A stretch of DNA of 64,000 nucleotides from Eledone cirrhosa (Eukaryota). The position numbers were made by a program, and so were the translations under genes. The stretch covers positions 324,446,001-324,510,000 of the forward strand of contig OZ024742.1 in assembly GCA_964016885.1 (NCBI GenBank). The letters are read 5' to 3'. The notes under the pieces were generated by a model. That model did not search any database, was not told where the DNA came from, and was given only the letters and a program-made list of their open reading frames with translations. Each line of letters starts with the position of its first letter. Positions within the stretch are counted from its first letter, which is position 1. Positions 44,892 through 59,359 of this stretch are shown piece after piece.

Positions 44892-46599
44892 TACCGAGTA
44901 TATGTATAATAATAATAATACTGAAACAAAGTTATCGGTTAGGACCGAAAAATCGTCGATCGTTTGTAGTCCTCCCCTCAATCCCAGTACTATAGAACTA
45001 TATACTTCAGACTGTATAGCAATGTACCACATACAAGCACAAAACGAAATGCATGGGCAATACAATTTCGTAGGTAAGAGTGGTATTGTATAATACTGTG
45101 CTTTGCTTGCACGGTAGCTAAAATAAGCTGTTGGAAAGGTGCATATAAGACAATACAACAACATAGAAGCAGGGGGGAACACTTGAGGCTCTTTCGACTA
45201 TGATAGCAAAGCGAATTAATATGTAAATAACTTTAAAATAAGTGGGGAATGAATGACACATTTTATTTTGTAATATGTCATCATTATGTATTGAATCGAA
45301 AATAATTTTGCATGGTTATTAATATGTGACATTCATGAATTGTAATACAAATTATATTACGATACATTAATGAGTTGTAATATGGCTTATACGATAACTT
45401 CTTACTGTATTCATACACCTTCATACTCTTTATTATAGAACAAAACATTAATAAAATCACAATCCCTTTTGTAGCCGGTTTTACTGCTTCAGATCATATC
45501 TAATACTTCAAAAGAATTTGAAAGTAGCTGGAAGTTATGTGAAATGTCAGTCACAAAATGGTGGACTAAAAGTTGAATTAGAATTTAATGAACTGCAAAG
45601 TGTTTCCATGGTTGTCAAGATAAATATCTAAGCATTTTATCGAATTTAATATCATCATTAAATTGGGTGCATCGTGCAACGAAGGAAGTCGCATATTAAT
45701 ATCTATGATCAAGAGCTTTAGCTTAAGGGGCTTTGATCACATCACATCACATCTTAAATGTATCAATTACATGTTGCTAAGCATAAGAATTCGAACTACC
45801 ATCAATGAATTCAACAAAATCCAGATTAAATAGAATGGAAATAAAATGTGTGAAAGGCAATTAATTATACATTTCTGATTAGATTTTTACAGCTAAAGCA
45901 AAGTTAAGTTCATATAATAAGAAGGAATAAACTTTTGCTTATTAAACGTATAACTGAATTAAGTGGTAATTTGAAAGATATTAACTGGTTTCTGAAATTC
46001 AATTCTAGCGATTGTTATCAATTAATGTCGTTCATGTCTTCTGTTAACTGCAGACGACACCTGGTGTAGGTTTTTTTATGAATACTATTGTGAAAGTAAT
46101 ATTATCTAGATAGTTACAAAGTCAATAGGAAACTTAATTACTTAATAAAATATTTAGGCAAGCGGAACTGGTAAAAAGGAAAAAGTACCTATCTAGAAGT
46201 TGTATGATATATACATCATGGTAGCATGTTATTTTAATTAAAAGAGAAGAATTCACTAACAGTTCCATCTTTAAAAATAAAGAGATGGCAATAAACTGGG
46301 GTGGATACGATCGAATATGATCTCTTACAAATAATAGGTCCATATCTAAGAAATAATGATTATGAATTAAATTAGTAGTATGGTCATTTTACAACAATAG
46401 CAGCTATTAATATATTTCCCTGGGCCTATGTAAACAAGGAATGTTTTACTTGCAGTGTCTGATCTAGATAAATACGCAAAAGATAACAAAGAACTAATAA
46501 ATTAACAACATATAAATATAGACAGTCGATCAACTTTCGTCAAATCTCACCGAGGAAACAATGTTTCCATTGGTCTTTCCGATTGCTAATACAATTTAT

Positions 46600-46732
46600 C
46601 GCAACTCCAGGTAGAAGGAGCAACGTGAAATATAGTGTCTTGTCCAAGGACATAACGCATCGCCCGGTCCGGGTGTCGAACTCATAACCTCAAGATTGCG
46701 AATCCAATTCTCTAACCACTCAGCCACACGCC
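46600..46732 (-). mobile_element. tRNA-derived SINE (second family)
   Basis: Minus strand AAGGCGTGTGGCTGAGTGGTTAGAG..GAGTTCGACACCCGGACC..GTCCTTGGACAAGACACT. Confidence 0.7.
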
Positions 46733-46802
46733 TTATACATATATACTACGATATTATATTGTTGGATATAAGTGACTATGTGTAGTTTATACATGTTTTT
46801 AA

Positions 46803-46990
46803 TAATTGTTTCTACTTTAGGCACAAGGCCAGCAATTACCCAGTGCATTACTGGTACTTTATTTTATCGACCCCGTAAGGATGAAAGGCAAAGTAAACCT
46901 CGGAGGGATTTGAACTCAGACCGTAAAGGGACGTAACTATGCTGGAAAGCATGGCATCCGACTCTCTACCGATACTGCCAATCCACCACC
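46803..46990 (-). mobile_element. Meta-like SINE, short variant, with TSD
   Basis: ATACATGTTTTTAATAAT on both sides. Confidence 0.92.
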
Positions 46991-47660
46991 GCAATCCATA
47001 CATGTTTTTAATAATGTTATACAATATGTTAAACTGATTCCGTAGATTAATATACCAGTTAGAATGTAATACAATGTGTAATAACGATAAGGTAAAGTTT
47101 ATTTTACATTGCTATTCAAGCTTCCATTGAGGATTCTATGAATGGTATTCATTCTCTGTTGGCGGAGACTTACCAACAAAACGTCTGCTGAGCTAAAAAT
47201 ATGCTTTTAAAAATGTGGAGGGTATAATTAGATTTCCTCTTTCCTTATATGGTCATCAACTATTGCAATGATGATTGTGCCGCTTACTCACAAAATAATC
47301 AATACATACTGCTCGTATACATTATATTGGCAACGCCTTCCATACATATGACTCATCATAAAGACTAATAAGTCTGGAGAGGACACTAAAAGTTATGTAA
47401 ATACTCATATCGGTATCATACAATGCAAATTCAATTCATTTCTCTTTGGAAAGAAATGGAATATTATGATAAAATCTTTGTTCTCGGGAAGATTTTCGTA
47501 AAACAATGCAGTCTGTTGCTGGAGTTTATTTCATCTTGGGGATTTGAGTAGGCTGACACCGCTTATTGTGCTTATATTCTAAATGAAAATGTCTGTTTAC
47601 ACTACCAGTCATAAATATAAGGAGGCTAACTAATAAAATGTATTTACAAGGTTATCACAA

Positions 47661-47856
47661 CAGACCTGTCAACTCTCCCCGTCCGACGAGGAGATTTTCA
47701 GCCCACATTGGGGTGGGTGAGAGATATCTTCTCTTGTGAAAATAGGTATAGCTTTCATTATGTAAAATCTCCCCATTTCCTCTCATTTCTCCCCATTTGT
47801 TTGGCACTTTTTTTTCATGATTCTCCCGTTTGTGTTTTTAGGGGTTGGCATGTCTG
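47661..47856. mobile_element. ~190-bp MITE, copy 2 (opposite orientation to 36044-36235)
   Basis: CAGACCTGTCAAC...GTTGGCATGTCTG; internal GGGGTGGGTGAGAGAT.TCTTCTCTTGTGAAAAT shared. Confidence 0.75.
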
Positions 47857-47959
47857 TTATAAGGAATTATTCGATTGAAAGAGCAGTAATTTGTTCTGAA
47901 AATATCTTCATATTCTATCATAAACATATTTTTAAAAACATTTTGTATTGAGAAGAAAT

Positions 47960-48585
47960 AATGATTTCTAATTTAGACACAAGACCAACGATTTGTAGCG
48001 ATGGGAAATACTATTATATCGACCCTAGTACTTGACTGGTACTTTATTTTATCGATCTCGAAAAGATGAAAGATAAAGTTGACCTTGGCGAAACTTGAAC
48101 TGAGGATGTAAAGAACCAGAACAAATACCACAATAACATTTTATCCGATACCCCACCCATGTAGCCAATCTGCCGTCCTATTGAATACTATGTTAATATT
48201 ATCTCCATTGTTTAGACAGATTAGCAGAATCGATAGATCATCAGACAAAATGCTTTGTGGCCTTTGTTCTAACTCTTGAAGTTCTGAGTTTAAACCTTAC
48301 TGAGGTCAACTTTACCTTTCATACTTTTGGGGCCGACAAAATACAGTATCAGTCAAGTACCGAAGTTTATGTAATGGGTTCCACCTCACTTCACCCCAAT
48401 TTGCTAGCCTTGGGTTTAAATTAGAAATCAATATTTCCCCATTGTTAGTGAAGGCACATGGCTTAGTGGAGCATTGGGCTTGCAATCGAAAGGTTGTGAG
48501 TTCAATTCTCGGACCGGGTGATATGTTGTTTCCTTGAGCAAAACACTTTATTTCACGTTGCTCCAGTTTACTCAGCTGTAGAAAT
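47960..48585. mobile_element. SINE cluster: two divergently oriented old Meta-like SINEs plus a second-family SINE head
   Basis: Minus copy ~47960-48180, plus copy ~48215-48430, second family ~48450-48585. Confidence 0.7.
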
Positions 48586-50416
48586 AAGATGATAGGACTG
48601 GGGTCACTATCATTAAATCATCCAAGACACCTCCAACGAGATATACCTTGGAGGAGGCCAGCTAAACTTGCATAGGTGTGAGCTATCACACACATTGTTA
48701 GGGGGCATTAGATTTTCAGAATCGGTATAGCGTTGAAAAAACGTCAGCGTGGTATTCGTTCCGGCTCCTTATATTCTGATTTCAAATCCCGCCGAAGTCA
48801 AAATTACCTGTCATCCTACTGGGGATGTAATCTATATTGCACTTATCTAAAATATGCTGACCTTGCGTCTAAGTACGAAATTAATATTTTCAACTCTGTA
48901 ATCGATTTACCAAATATAGGATATAAAAGAGTTAAATATTTAAATATTAATCGTAATGGAATTCTTGCAGTTGTGAACCAGGGGAAGGAGGTGCTAAAAT
49001 AACACGGCTCACATAACTCTACATAATATATACAGTCGATAATTTTTCTGACGCATCAATTAGACGATATTTATGCATTTGTTTATTTATTGTGAAGGCG
49101 CATGGCTTAGTGGTTAGAACATGGCTTAGTGGTTAGAACATTGCTGATGTCATTCTTTAGTTTCATTCGACAATACAACCATGACCATCTCATAGTTTTC
49201 TGAACCATTTCGTACCTAGGACTGTATTATTCAGCGAGTTCTCCAACTTTCAATAAAAGGTGTGAATTTAGATAAATTTAGCTGTTCATCTTAGCATGTT
49301 GAACGATCACATAGAAACACGTTTGATTGTTTTCATGGATCTTTTCCCCATTGGTGCAACTCACGATTATTATAAAAAAACTAACAACATTGACAATAAC
49401 ATTTCTGAATCATTTGACTAAATAGTTTAGAAGATGAATAAAATAAAATTGCCAACATGTTTACTACAAACTCTGTGACATTTGAACGTGACTTAGTGAA
49501 TCTTAGTAACGATTCCCTGCAAAACAAAACAACAAAAACAAAACAAAATAATACAGTCGCATGATTTGCATGATCTACAAAATATCTTCTATAGATAATG
49601 ACTCTCAATGAACCAATTGCCATAATTCAGTTCTAGATAATAGCATATATAGGTTTTTGTATCAGAAGTTAAATTTTTAAAACAGTAAAGGTCAACCACA
49701 GTTTGACGTTTTAAATGTTGCAAAACATAAACAAAATGGTAGATAAAAATGTCGGGTATGAGTAAATATGGGATAATCATCGGTATTGGAATAATTACTC
49801 CTACACAATAGAAATATACATCTATAGTACATCTGTTTATATTTTATAGTGCATATTCGGTAACCTATCTTCTTAATGAACCTTTATATGGAGAAAAGTA
49901 CGAAGATAATTATTTCCAAAAGTAATTAAACTAATCAAATAAAACAAAAAACACAAAAAATTAGTAAATAAATTTAGTAAGAATTACTAAAACTAAAATG
50001 AGAAAAATGACAAAAAGGAAAGAAAAAATATTATTTTAAATTGTATTTAAATTTTTGAAAAACTATTAATTGAAACAGCTTAAGGAAAAATTCATGTTAG
50101 ACTAAATTCAATTATGTAAATTTATCAAATATATATAATTTTTCTCTTTCGTAAAAATAAAATGGTAATTTAAGTTGTATTATAAAATGCTTCAATAATC
50201 AGATACTCTTCATAGATTAATGGGATTATGTAGTGTAAGCTCGAAGGATTTTCACTGGTAGATCCTCTGGGGTCTTCACCCCATCCCCCCACCGTTAACA
50301 AAGTACAAGTAATATTTTAATCTATATTTGTTGTAAAAACAGACGCACATGCACATATAAAAATTTGAAAACATATGCATATGTGTTATATATATATATA
50401 TGCATATATACATATA

Positions 50417-50526
<110 letters not shown>

Positions 50527-50538
50527 TACATACATACG

Positions 50539-50660
<122 letters not shown>

Positions 50661-50809
50661 ATGTAGGGGGTGAGTTTTATTGTAGAACAATAAAACTATG
50701 CATATATCAGATAAGTAGCACTCAACAGTTGATAGAACTGGAGTATATATAAGTAGTATATATAATTTAGGATAAATACCTAACTAAGGATAAATATAAT
50801 AACTAAGGA

Positions 50810-52109
50810 TAAATATAATAACCTTATCCTTAAAGAACTAAGGAAAAATTATCGCAAAACCACCCACGATAATCTTGAGTCTATTAATTTCGAAGCATTT
50901 GAGATTATTTCTAAACTTGGTATCGGGAAAAAAACTGAACCCTTCTTCTCAAGAATTCTGAGGATTAATCTGAAAGATCACAAAATAAATTTTCGAACTG
51001 AATTGCCTGTAAAACTAATTGCCCCCTCTAAATCCGATCTGGGGGTTGTTAGTAAATCCATCTTGGATAGAATTATCCCACAGGTTTGCTCTAATTCTCA
51101 ATTAAATTTATGGTTGGGTACTTCTGATGTGATAGACTGGTTCAATGACCTCAATAATAAAAACAAACTAAAATTTATTCAGTTTGACATTGCCAGCTAC
51201 TATTCTTCTATTTCTCCTTCACTCCTCAACAAAGCTCTCTCTTATGCGTTTAAATATTCGGACATCACTACAGATGAATTGAACATCATTCTCACCGCAA
51301 GAAAAACTATCCTGGAATTTAACAATGAATATTGGACAAGAGCTGATACTTCCAACAATTTTGACATCACCATGGGTTCGTCGGATTCAGCGCAATTGAC
51401 AGATTTGGTTGGAATCTTCATCTTGAACTCTTTAAATCGGAAAATTCCTCAACTTCGCGGTGGAATATATCGTGATGATGCCCTTTTTACTGTCTTAAAC
51501 TGTAACTTAGTAAATCTTAATATTATCAAGAATAATATACTTGAACTATTAAAGCACCTTAACCTAAAAATTGAATTTGAGAACAATGTTAACTTCCTAG
51601 ATATATCCCTTAATCTATATACCGGCCTATATTACCCATACCATAAGGATAATGAGAACCTAAATTATGCAAACTTTAAATCAAACCACCCTATTAATCT
51701 TAAAACTGCTATAGTCAGAAATGTTGAAAAAAGAATCTCTAATCTATCTTCTAATAAACTTATCTTTGATGCCAACGCCAACTATTACAATAATGCGCTA
51801 TCCAGAGCTGGATATCCAGACAAAATTAAATACACTAAAAAAACCAATCTTGGCAGAACTTATAGTAATATAGCTAGTTATAAGCATACCAATAACATAA
51901 AAAGGAGACCTAGATATAAAAATATCATTTGGTACAACGCTCCATTCTCTCTTTCACTTATTAGTAATATCCCTAAATTATTTTTTAGGGCGTTAGATAA
52001 TTGCTTCCCTCCTTCACATATCTATAGTAAGATTTTTAATAAGCATACCATTAAATTTTCATATTCCACCACTTCCAACATTTCTAACATTATCTCAAAA
52101 CAATACTAA
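50810..52109 (+). pseudogene. Penelope-like reverse transcriptase (frame is open upstream of the called 51003 start)
   Basis: LKDHK.NF...P.KLI.PSKSDLG..SK, FIQFDIASYYSSI, FDITMGSSDSAQLTDLVG, IYRDDAL, VNFLDISLNL, SNHP, IIWYNAPFS, KIFNKHTIKFSYSTT. Confidence 0.95.
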
Positions 52110-52218
52110 ACTATTAAATAATAACTCATACGCATCCAGCCTTGAGCGTCATAATAATAACAATATAAGGCCCGACGTCAACGTAAACTCTAGACAGGAT
52201 AACTTAAATATAAATACG

Positions 52219-52760
52219 ATGTCAAACGTAACTTTGATGAATGCTTCAAATAGTAATCTAAATCAGGAAACATTAGCACCTCCTTTAGCTAATTCCACCA
52301 CTACAATTCCTATTATAATTAATCCTGGGCCACTTGCAAATAACTCTGTTAATAATATTAATCGTAAATGCAACAGCCCTAATAGAACTAAATCTCTTAA
52401 TAATTTCTGTCTCGATAAAAATCAAGTATACGAATGTAAGGTGCTAACTAGTACCAATTCTTATACCTACATTGGCTCTACTTCTACTTCTTTTAAGGCA
52501 ATACTTTTAAAGCATGCTTATTTAAATATCCACTTAAAAGGACAAAACTGCACTCTCAGAACTCATCTGGTCCTTAAAAGACAAAAATATTAATTTAAAA
52601 TTTCTTGGCGGAAAATATGCAATGCTTCTCCATATTCTAATGCTTCCATATCTAGGGCTTGTAATTTATGTCTAGCTGAAAAATTTCAACTCTATAATAA
52701 ATAGACGCACGGATTTATTTGCTCTCTGCATCCATAAATCTTTTAGGTCATTTCACAAAG
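52219..52760 (+). pseudogene. Frameshifted GIY-YIG endonuclease of the same element
   Basis: CLDKNQVYECKV..YTYIGSTSTSFK; downstream CNLCLAEK in another frame. Confidence 0.85.
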
Positions 52761-53463
52761 TATACAGCTAATACCCTATATCTTATTCCACGAATAAAGG
52801 TTAAAATGTTTTACAAATATATATATTTTTTTACACAAATATCTTTTTACACTCTTTTTTCTCGCATATTTCAGTACATTCTACAAAATTTTAAACATAC
52901 TATGACGTTATATGGTCTTCTACGCTTTAAATCACTCTAGCAAATTCCTTTATCTACTTGCTGATACAGAATAATATTTAAATAGTTCATATTTAATGTT
53001 TCTTTATATTCTTTTTTCTCACTATTTTTAAGCCGCTCATTTTTCCTCGTTTATCACATCAAATTTTCAGTATAAACCTTCGTAGATTTTGTAAACAATC
53101 TATGACGTCATATGTTTTTTCTTCGGTTTTTTTTCTTCGCCTTTTCTACGCCTTTTTCTACTCTTAAATAATTATAAAATTTTCCGTTATTTACTTGTGG
53201 ATTAAAATAATATTTAAATATTTAAATAGTTTTCCCATATATATAATTATTTTAATATATAATCTATAATTTTTAATAGAAATTTTTAATTTTTGACATT
53301 TGTTTGACTACTCTTATTTACTTTTTTTCTACACATATATATTTTTTTACATAAATATCTCTTCCCACATTTTCCCTCACATTTTTTAATTACACTCTAT
53401 TTAAACAAACTATGACGTTATATTGTCTTCTACGCTTATAAATCATTTAATTTTATATTATTT

Positions 53464-53648
53464 GTGGATTGGCAGTATCGGTAGAGGGTCGGACGCCATG
53501 CTTTCCAGCATAGTTACGTCCCTTTTCGATCTGAGTTCAAATCCCGCTGAGGTTGACTTTGCCTTTCATCCTTGCGGGGTCGATAAAATAAAGTACCAGT
53601 AATGTACTGGGTAATTGCTGGCCTTGTGCCAAAGGTAGAAACAATTAT
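53464..53648 (+). mobile_element. Young Meta-like SINE inserted into the PLE 3' UTR
   Basis: A box 53470-53481, B box 53533-53544, core and ATT tail. Confidence 0.92.
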
Positions 53649-54042
53649 TTTATTTTAATAATACATTTTCACACCTCTTAATCAATTTTTTTTAGTAAAT
53701 AAATAATATACCTAGTTTCTATATCTGTAATTTAAGCACATGAACCTCATCAATTTATTTATTTATTTATTTCTTAGCAGTATATTTTTTTAGCCGTTAT
53801 TCACAGCTGTTTTTCAGTTTTGACAGCGTTTCCCGATTAAAAGTCTCTCTCTCTCCCTCCTTTCTCTTTTTCTCTCCTCCTTCCTTCTTAAAATTTTCCT
53901 CCGTTATTTTCTCCTTCTTTTTCCTTTTCCCTCTTCCTTCTTTTTTTCAATCTTCTCTCTCCTTTTATATTTTTTTATCATACGTTGACTGAACACTTTC
54001 TTGTTCGCAAGTGTTTTTTTTAGGCATCATATCATGTTACCT

Positions 54043-54113
54043 TATTTTATCCGATGAAAACGCAACTATCATCCCAGGATGATATTTGTTTTTGAAATGC
54101 GCATAATAAAATA
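54043..54113 (+). ncRNA. Type I hammerhead (family F), core U>C variant
   Basis: TATTTTAT CCGATGA AAACGCAACTATCATCC..GGATGATATTTGTTTTT GAAA TGCGCA TA ATAAAATA. Confidence 0.7.
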
Positions 54114-54148
54114 TATGGAACTTTTTTAACCATCTTTTAATTTCTTCT

Positions 54149-54179
<31 letters not shown>

Positions 54180-54546
54180 AGAAAAACAATGAGGTTTCGT
54201 TTACATGTATTTAGTGTTTTATAGTGTATCAATCTGTTATGCGCGTTTTGCAAAGGATGGGCTCAGGGTCACCCGTAGAAGTTATGGACCCAACCCCATT
54301 ATTGACCTGCTCTTCAGAATGGTTATTCAACAAAAAATACAGTATTAAAAAATACATGGGTCCATAACTTCTATGGTTGACCGTAGACAGTCCTCTGCGA
54401 AACACGTGTAACAGATTGATACAGAGTAAAAAACTAAACACATCTAAACCAAACGACATCGTTTTTCTTAATATATACACTGCCCGTGTATAGAGTGCTC
54501 ACATTGGTACAATTACCAGTAATTCACTGAATCACACACACACACA

Positions 54547-54623
<77 letters not shown>

Positions 54624-54760
54624 CATATATATATATATATATACACACACACATATAGTACGTCCATTTCAGGATATTACTGTAGCAGGGAATATAAGGC
54701 CCCCGTTTATCTGAAGATTGTATATATATATATATATATATACATATATACATACATACA

Positions 54761-54808
<48 letters not shown>

Positions 54809-54819
54809 CATATATATAC

Positions 54820-54900
<81 letters not shown>

Positions 54901-54914
54901 TATATATAAATAAA

Positions 54915-55060
54915 TATTCACGGGTGTGTATGATTGTGTATAGAAGATTATATTAATAAAAGGGATTCCAACTTTGTCTGATTTATTCGTTTTATTTAAA
55001 ATCCTTTAAAATTATAATGATATTATAATGAAATAATATGGTAGAATATTAAATGTTAAA
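54915..55060. mobile_element. Single-arm copy of fold-back family K
   Basis: Homologous to 57362-57510. Confidence 0.7.
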
Positions 55061-55485
55061 TGTTAATTGAATCTATATATATATATATATTTATTTAAGT
55101 TTGAAGGTTCACCACTGGATAGAGCTGGTCATTCCGTATGGTCAATCTTGATGTATTTCTGTTCACACATTATACAATGCAGACGCCCACTATATATACC
55201 TCTGTTAAGATATAGGTTCTTTAGAATAACATTTTTTACGGCAATTCCTAGCCTGATTGTAGCATGACATTAACGCTGACTTTCTTCTTTCTGTCTTTTT
55301 TTTCCTCTTTGGTGGGAGGTTAGTAGCACATTATAAGCTTTCGCCCCTTCACCAGATAGCCTTAAGTAGACCGAATAGCCATCACAGCCGGCTAAAGTGG
55401 AAGATGCTAGATGGTCGGTCGTCCTCGGGTCTATGATTTTCAGCCCCATGGATTTTATCTGTTACATTCATTTATTATATTTCGA

Positions 55486-55543
55486 ATACCTGATGATATC
55501 ACCGGATTAATACGGAACCCGGTCATTGAAATGATCATAGTAT
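55486..55543 (+). ncRNA. Type I hammerhead (family G)
   Basis: ATAC CTGATGA TATCACCGG..CCGGTCATT GAAA TGATCA TA GTAT; homolog on the minus strand at 59409-59465. Confidence 0.75.
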
Positions 55544-55618
55544 AATAAACCTTTCAAGGATTTACACAAGTCCAACCTCCTGTTATTTTATTATAATTAT
55601 ATATATATATATATACAT

Positions 55619-55808
55619 AATTGTTTCTACTATTGGCACAAGGCCAGAAAATTACCCAGTACATTACTGGTACTTTATTTTATCGACCCCGTAAGGATGA
55701 AAGGCAAAGTTAACCTCGGCGGGATTTGAACTCAGAATGGCAAGGGCCGTAACTCTATGCGTCAAAGCATGGCGTCCGAACCTCTACCGATACTGCCAAT
55801 CCACCGCC
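55619..55808 (-). mobile_element. Meta-like SINE, short variant, TSD in (TA)n
   Basis: ATATATATATACATAAT on both sides. Confidence 0.92.
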
Positions 55809-56139
55809 ATATATATATATACATAATGTTGAGATAAACGGGGGTCTTATATTCACCCCTACGGTACTATTCTAAAATGGACGTACTAATTCGCCTATTA
55901 TTCACTAAAGTGTCAGTAGACAATTAAGATATACAGGAAGTTGTTCGCTAAGCTGCCTAAATACATGATGCAGCTGTATCTGTATACATACATTGTAAAG
56001 ACAACTAAGACTGCAAAAATGTGTATATGGAAAATTGATATATAGACATCCAAGATACTATTATAAATGATAGGGTATATAACATCCTTGTTTACACATT
56101 TCCTTCTGATTGTTTGGATGATATACACACCGTCTAATT

Positions 56140-57110
56140 AAATAACCTGGTATGCCCGAAAATCGATAACAGATGATTCTCGATTTTGTTTTCAATTTAC
56201 AGCAAAATATTTGATATGTATACATTCTATATACTATCATTGTGTAAATTTATGTACACATTTACGCAGTCTCGGTTATATATTTTCTCTCTCTCTATAT
56301 ATATTCATATATTTATATATATACATATGTAGATATATATATGAATTTTAAGGTTGTATTTGTATATATAAGACCCCCGTTTATCTCAACATTCTTTTGG
56401 AACATATGTACACTTTCCAAGGAAGGTCTGTACTAGGTCAAAAAATCACGCAAACGTGTTTTTTAATTTACAGGGAAATACCTATATTTAGCAAGTTTAC
56501 ATGTCTAAATATTGAAAATATATAAATTCATATACACATTTTCGAAGTCATAGTTATCTTTATTCTGTATTTTCACAGTTACAATTTTATCGTAAACTTC
56601 GGATGCGAAATGCACCGCTTAATATATACATATATCTATATCCACCTCTAAACATGGATAGATTGAAACATCGGAGGTTTGCTCCTGTTAGAATATTTCG
56701 AGTGTTTGTGGGATTGTAGATGGGTTGAGTGAGATTGAGTCATTTGTTTATCAAGCTAACAGCTTGGATATATGCGCTGTGTTGTTTATTTTGGAAGGTT
56801 GGGCGGAGTGTTGGTTATTTCTATTTATGATACTATATATCTGTTCAGGTGTAGGTGAGTTTCTTTTGTTATAAGCATGGACAACATTAAGATTTAATTT
56901 AAATTTTCAAGGTTCATGGTAGTAGAGTAGGAAAGGTTGATGGTTCACCTGTTCAATATTTTATGGTATATAGAAAAGGTTTTATCCATTACGTTAAAGA
57001 AAATGTTTGAGATTTTAGTAACAGTCTTGTTATCATTCAGATTGAATAAGCACCCGCATCACGTGTGTTTGGAATATGATTATTTGAACCAACAAATCCC
57101 TCCTCGCCCC
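56140..57110 (-). mobile_element. Highly decayed Penelope-like RT-tail and GIY-YIG remnant
   Basis: Minus strand GICWF.., [36 protein letters not shown], then NCNC and IG..KTR-like traces, paralleling 51900-52500. Confidence 0.6.
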
Positions 57111-57162
57111 ATATATATATATATATCATATATATATATATATATATATGTATTTATGTATA

Positions 57163-57261
<99 letters not shown>

Positions 57262-57361
57262 TTTTATATATATGTATATATATATATATATGCATGTATA
57301 TATATATATGTATGTATATATATATGTATATATATATATCTATATAGATAGATAGATAAAT

Positions 57362-57859
<498 letters not shown>

Positions 57860-57963
57860 ATTATATATGTATATATATATATATGTATGTACGTATATAT
57901 ACATATATATATACAATTATATATGTATATATATATGTATGTACGTATATAATTGTATATATG

Positions 57964-57995
<32 letters not shown>

Positions 57996-58019
57996 TATAT
58001 ATTCATATATATATATACA

Positions 58020-58057
<38 letters not shown>

Positions 58058-58234
58058 CATATATATATATACATATATAATTGTACATATATAATTGTAT
58101 ATGCACATATATATTATATATATATGTATGTACGTATATATATGTATGTATATATATGTGTGTTTTTATATATATGTATATATATATGTATGTATATATG
58201 TATGTATATATATATGTATATATATATATATGTA

Positions 58235-58313
<79 letters not shown>

Positions 58314-58345
58314 TAAGAACAAAAGATGGTTAAAAGAGTTCCATG

Positions 58346-58416
58346 TATTTTATTATGCGCATTTCAAAAACAAATATCATCATGCAATAATATTTGTGTT
58401 TTCATCAGATAAAATA
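58346..58416 (-). ncRNA. Type I hammerhead (family F), intact core
   Basis: Reverse complement of 58537-58607. Confidence 0.82.
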
Positions 58417-58536
58417 GGAAGACATGATATGAAGGTTAAAAAACACTTGTGGATAGTGTAGTTTTAAATCAACTGATATGTTGATTTAAAACTGCACTAT
58501 CCACAAGTGTTTTTTAACCTTCATATCATGTCTTCC

Positions 58537-58607
58537 TATTTTATCTGATGAAAACACAAATATTATTGCATGATGATATTTGTTTTTGAAATGCGCATAA
58601 TAAAATA
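58537..58607 (+). ncRNA. Type I hammerhead (family F), intact core
   Basis: TATTTTAT CTGATGA AAACACAAATATTATT GCAT GATGATATTTGTTTTT GAAA TGCGCA TA ATAAAATA: 8-bp stem I, AUA triplet. Confidence 0.82.
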
Positions 58608-58736
58608 CATGGAACTCTTTTAACCATCTTTTGTTGTTATATATTATGTATACTCCAGTCCTACAAACTGTAGAGTGCTTCTTATCCGATATCTGCATTG
58701 CTTTATTGTACTACAATAAAACTCACCTCCTACACA

Positions 58737-58811
<75 letters not shown>

Positions 58812-58815
<4 letters not shown>

Positions 58816-58947
58816 GTTTCTACTTTAGGCACAAGGCCAGCAATTACCCAGTGCATTACTGGTACTTTATTTTATCGACCCCGTAAGGATGAAAGGCAAA
58901 GTCAACCTCGGCGGGATTTGAACTCAGATCGTAAAGGGATGTAACTA
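58812..58947 (-). mobile_element. 5'-truncated Meta-like SINE
   Basis: Matches the short SINE variant up to GGGATGTAACTAT. Confidence 0.9.
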
Positions 58948-58949
58948 TA

Positions 58950-59218
58950 ATATAAGATCAAAAGATGGTTACAAGAGTTCCAAGTATTTTATTATGCGCA
59001 TTTCAAAAACAAATATCATCATGGGATGATATCTGCGTTTTCATCAGATAAAATAAGGATACATGATATGAAGCTTAAAAAACACTTGTAAGTAGTGAAG
59101 TTTTAAATCAACATATGAAAAATAATTTAAGACTGATGTATGAGATTGTGAAAAAGTGAGGGTGGGTTGGAAAAGGTAAGGAAGAGGAGGAGATGAGAGC
59201 AAAGAATGGTAGGAGAGG
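58950..59218 (-). mobile_element. Third family F 3' fragment with intact hammerhead (58985-59055)
   Basis: Minus strand TATTTTAT CTGATGA AAACGCAGATATCATC CCAT GATGATATTTGTTTTT GAAA TGCGCA TA ATAAAATA. Confidence 0.85.
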
Positions 59219-59246
59219 AGTATATATATATATATATATATGTATG

Positions 59247-59294
<48 letters not shown>

Positions 59295-59320
59295 TGTATG
59301 TATGTATGTATGTATGTAGG

Positions 59321-59357
<37 letters not shown>

Positions 59358-59359
<2 letters not shown>

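Larger units (their letters stand above)
50661..54147 (+). mobile_element. 5'-truncated Penelope/Poseidon-type element (family F): RT, GIY-YIG, 3' UTR with hammerhead
   Basis: RT and EN motifs; hammerhead at 54043-54113; 50661-50750 is an inverted copy of the family F tail (58646-58735); (TA)n flanks. Confidence 0.92.
58318..58735 (+). mobile_element. Non-coding fold-back derivative of PLE family F with two hammerheads
   Basis: 156-bp arms 58318-58473 and 58480-58635 with 6-nt loop and about one mismatch; ~100-nt tail. Confidence 0.9.

Noticed and set aside
53464-53550. tRNA gene
   Set aside because: A and B boxes are present but there is no cloverleaf, and it runs into the SINE core and tail.
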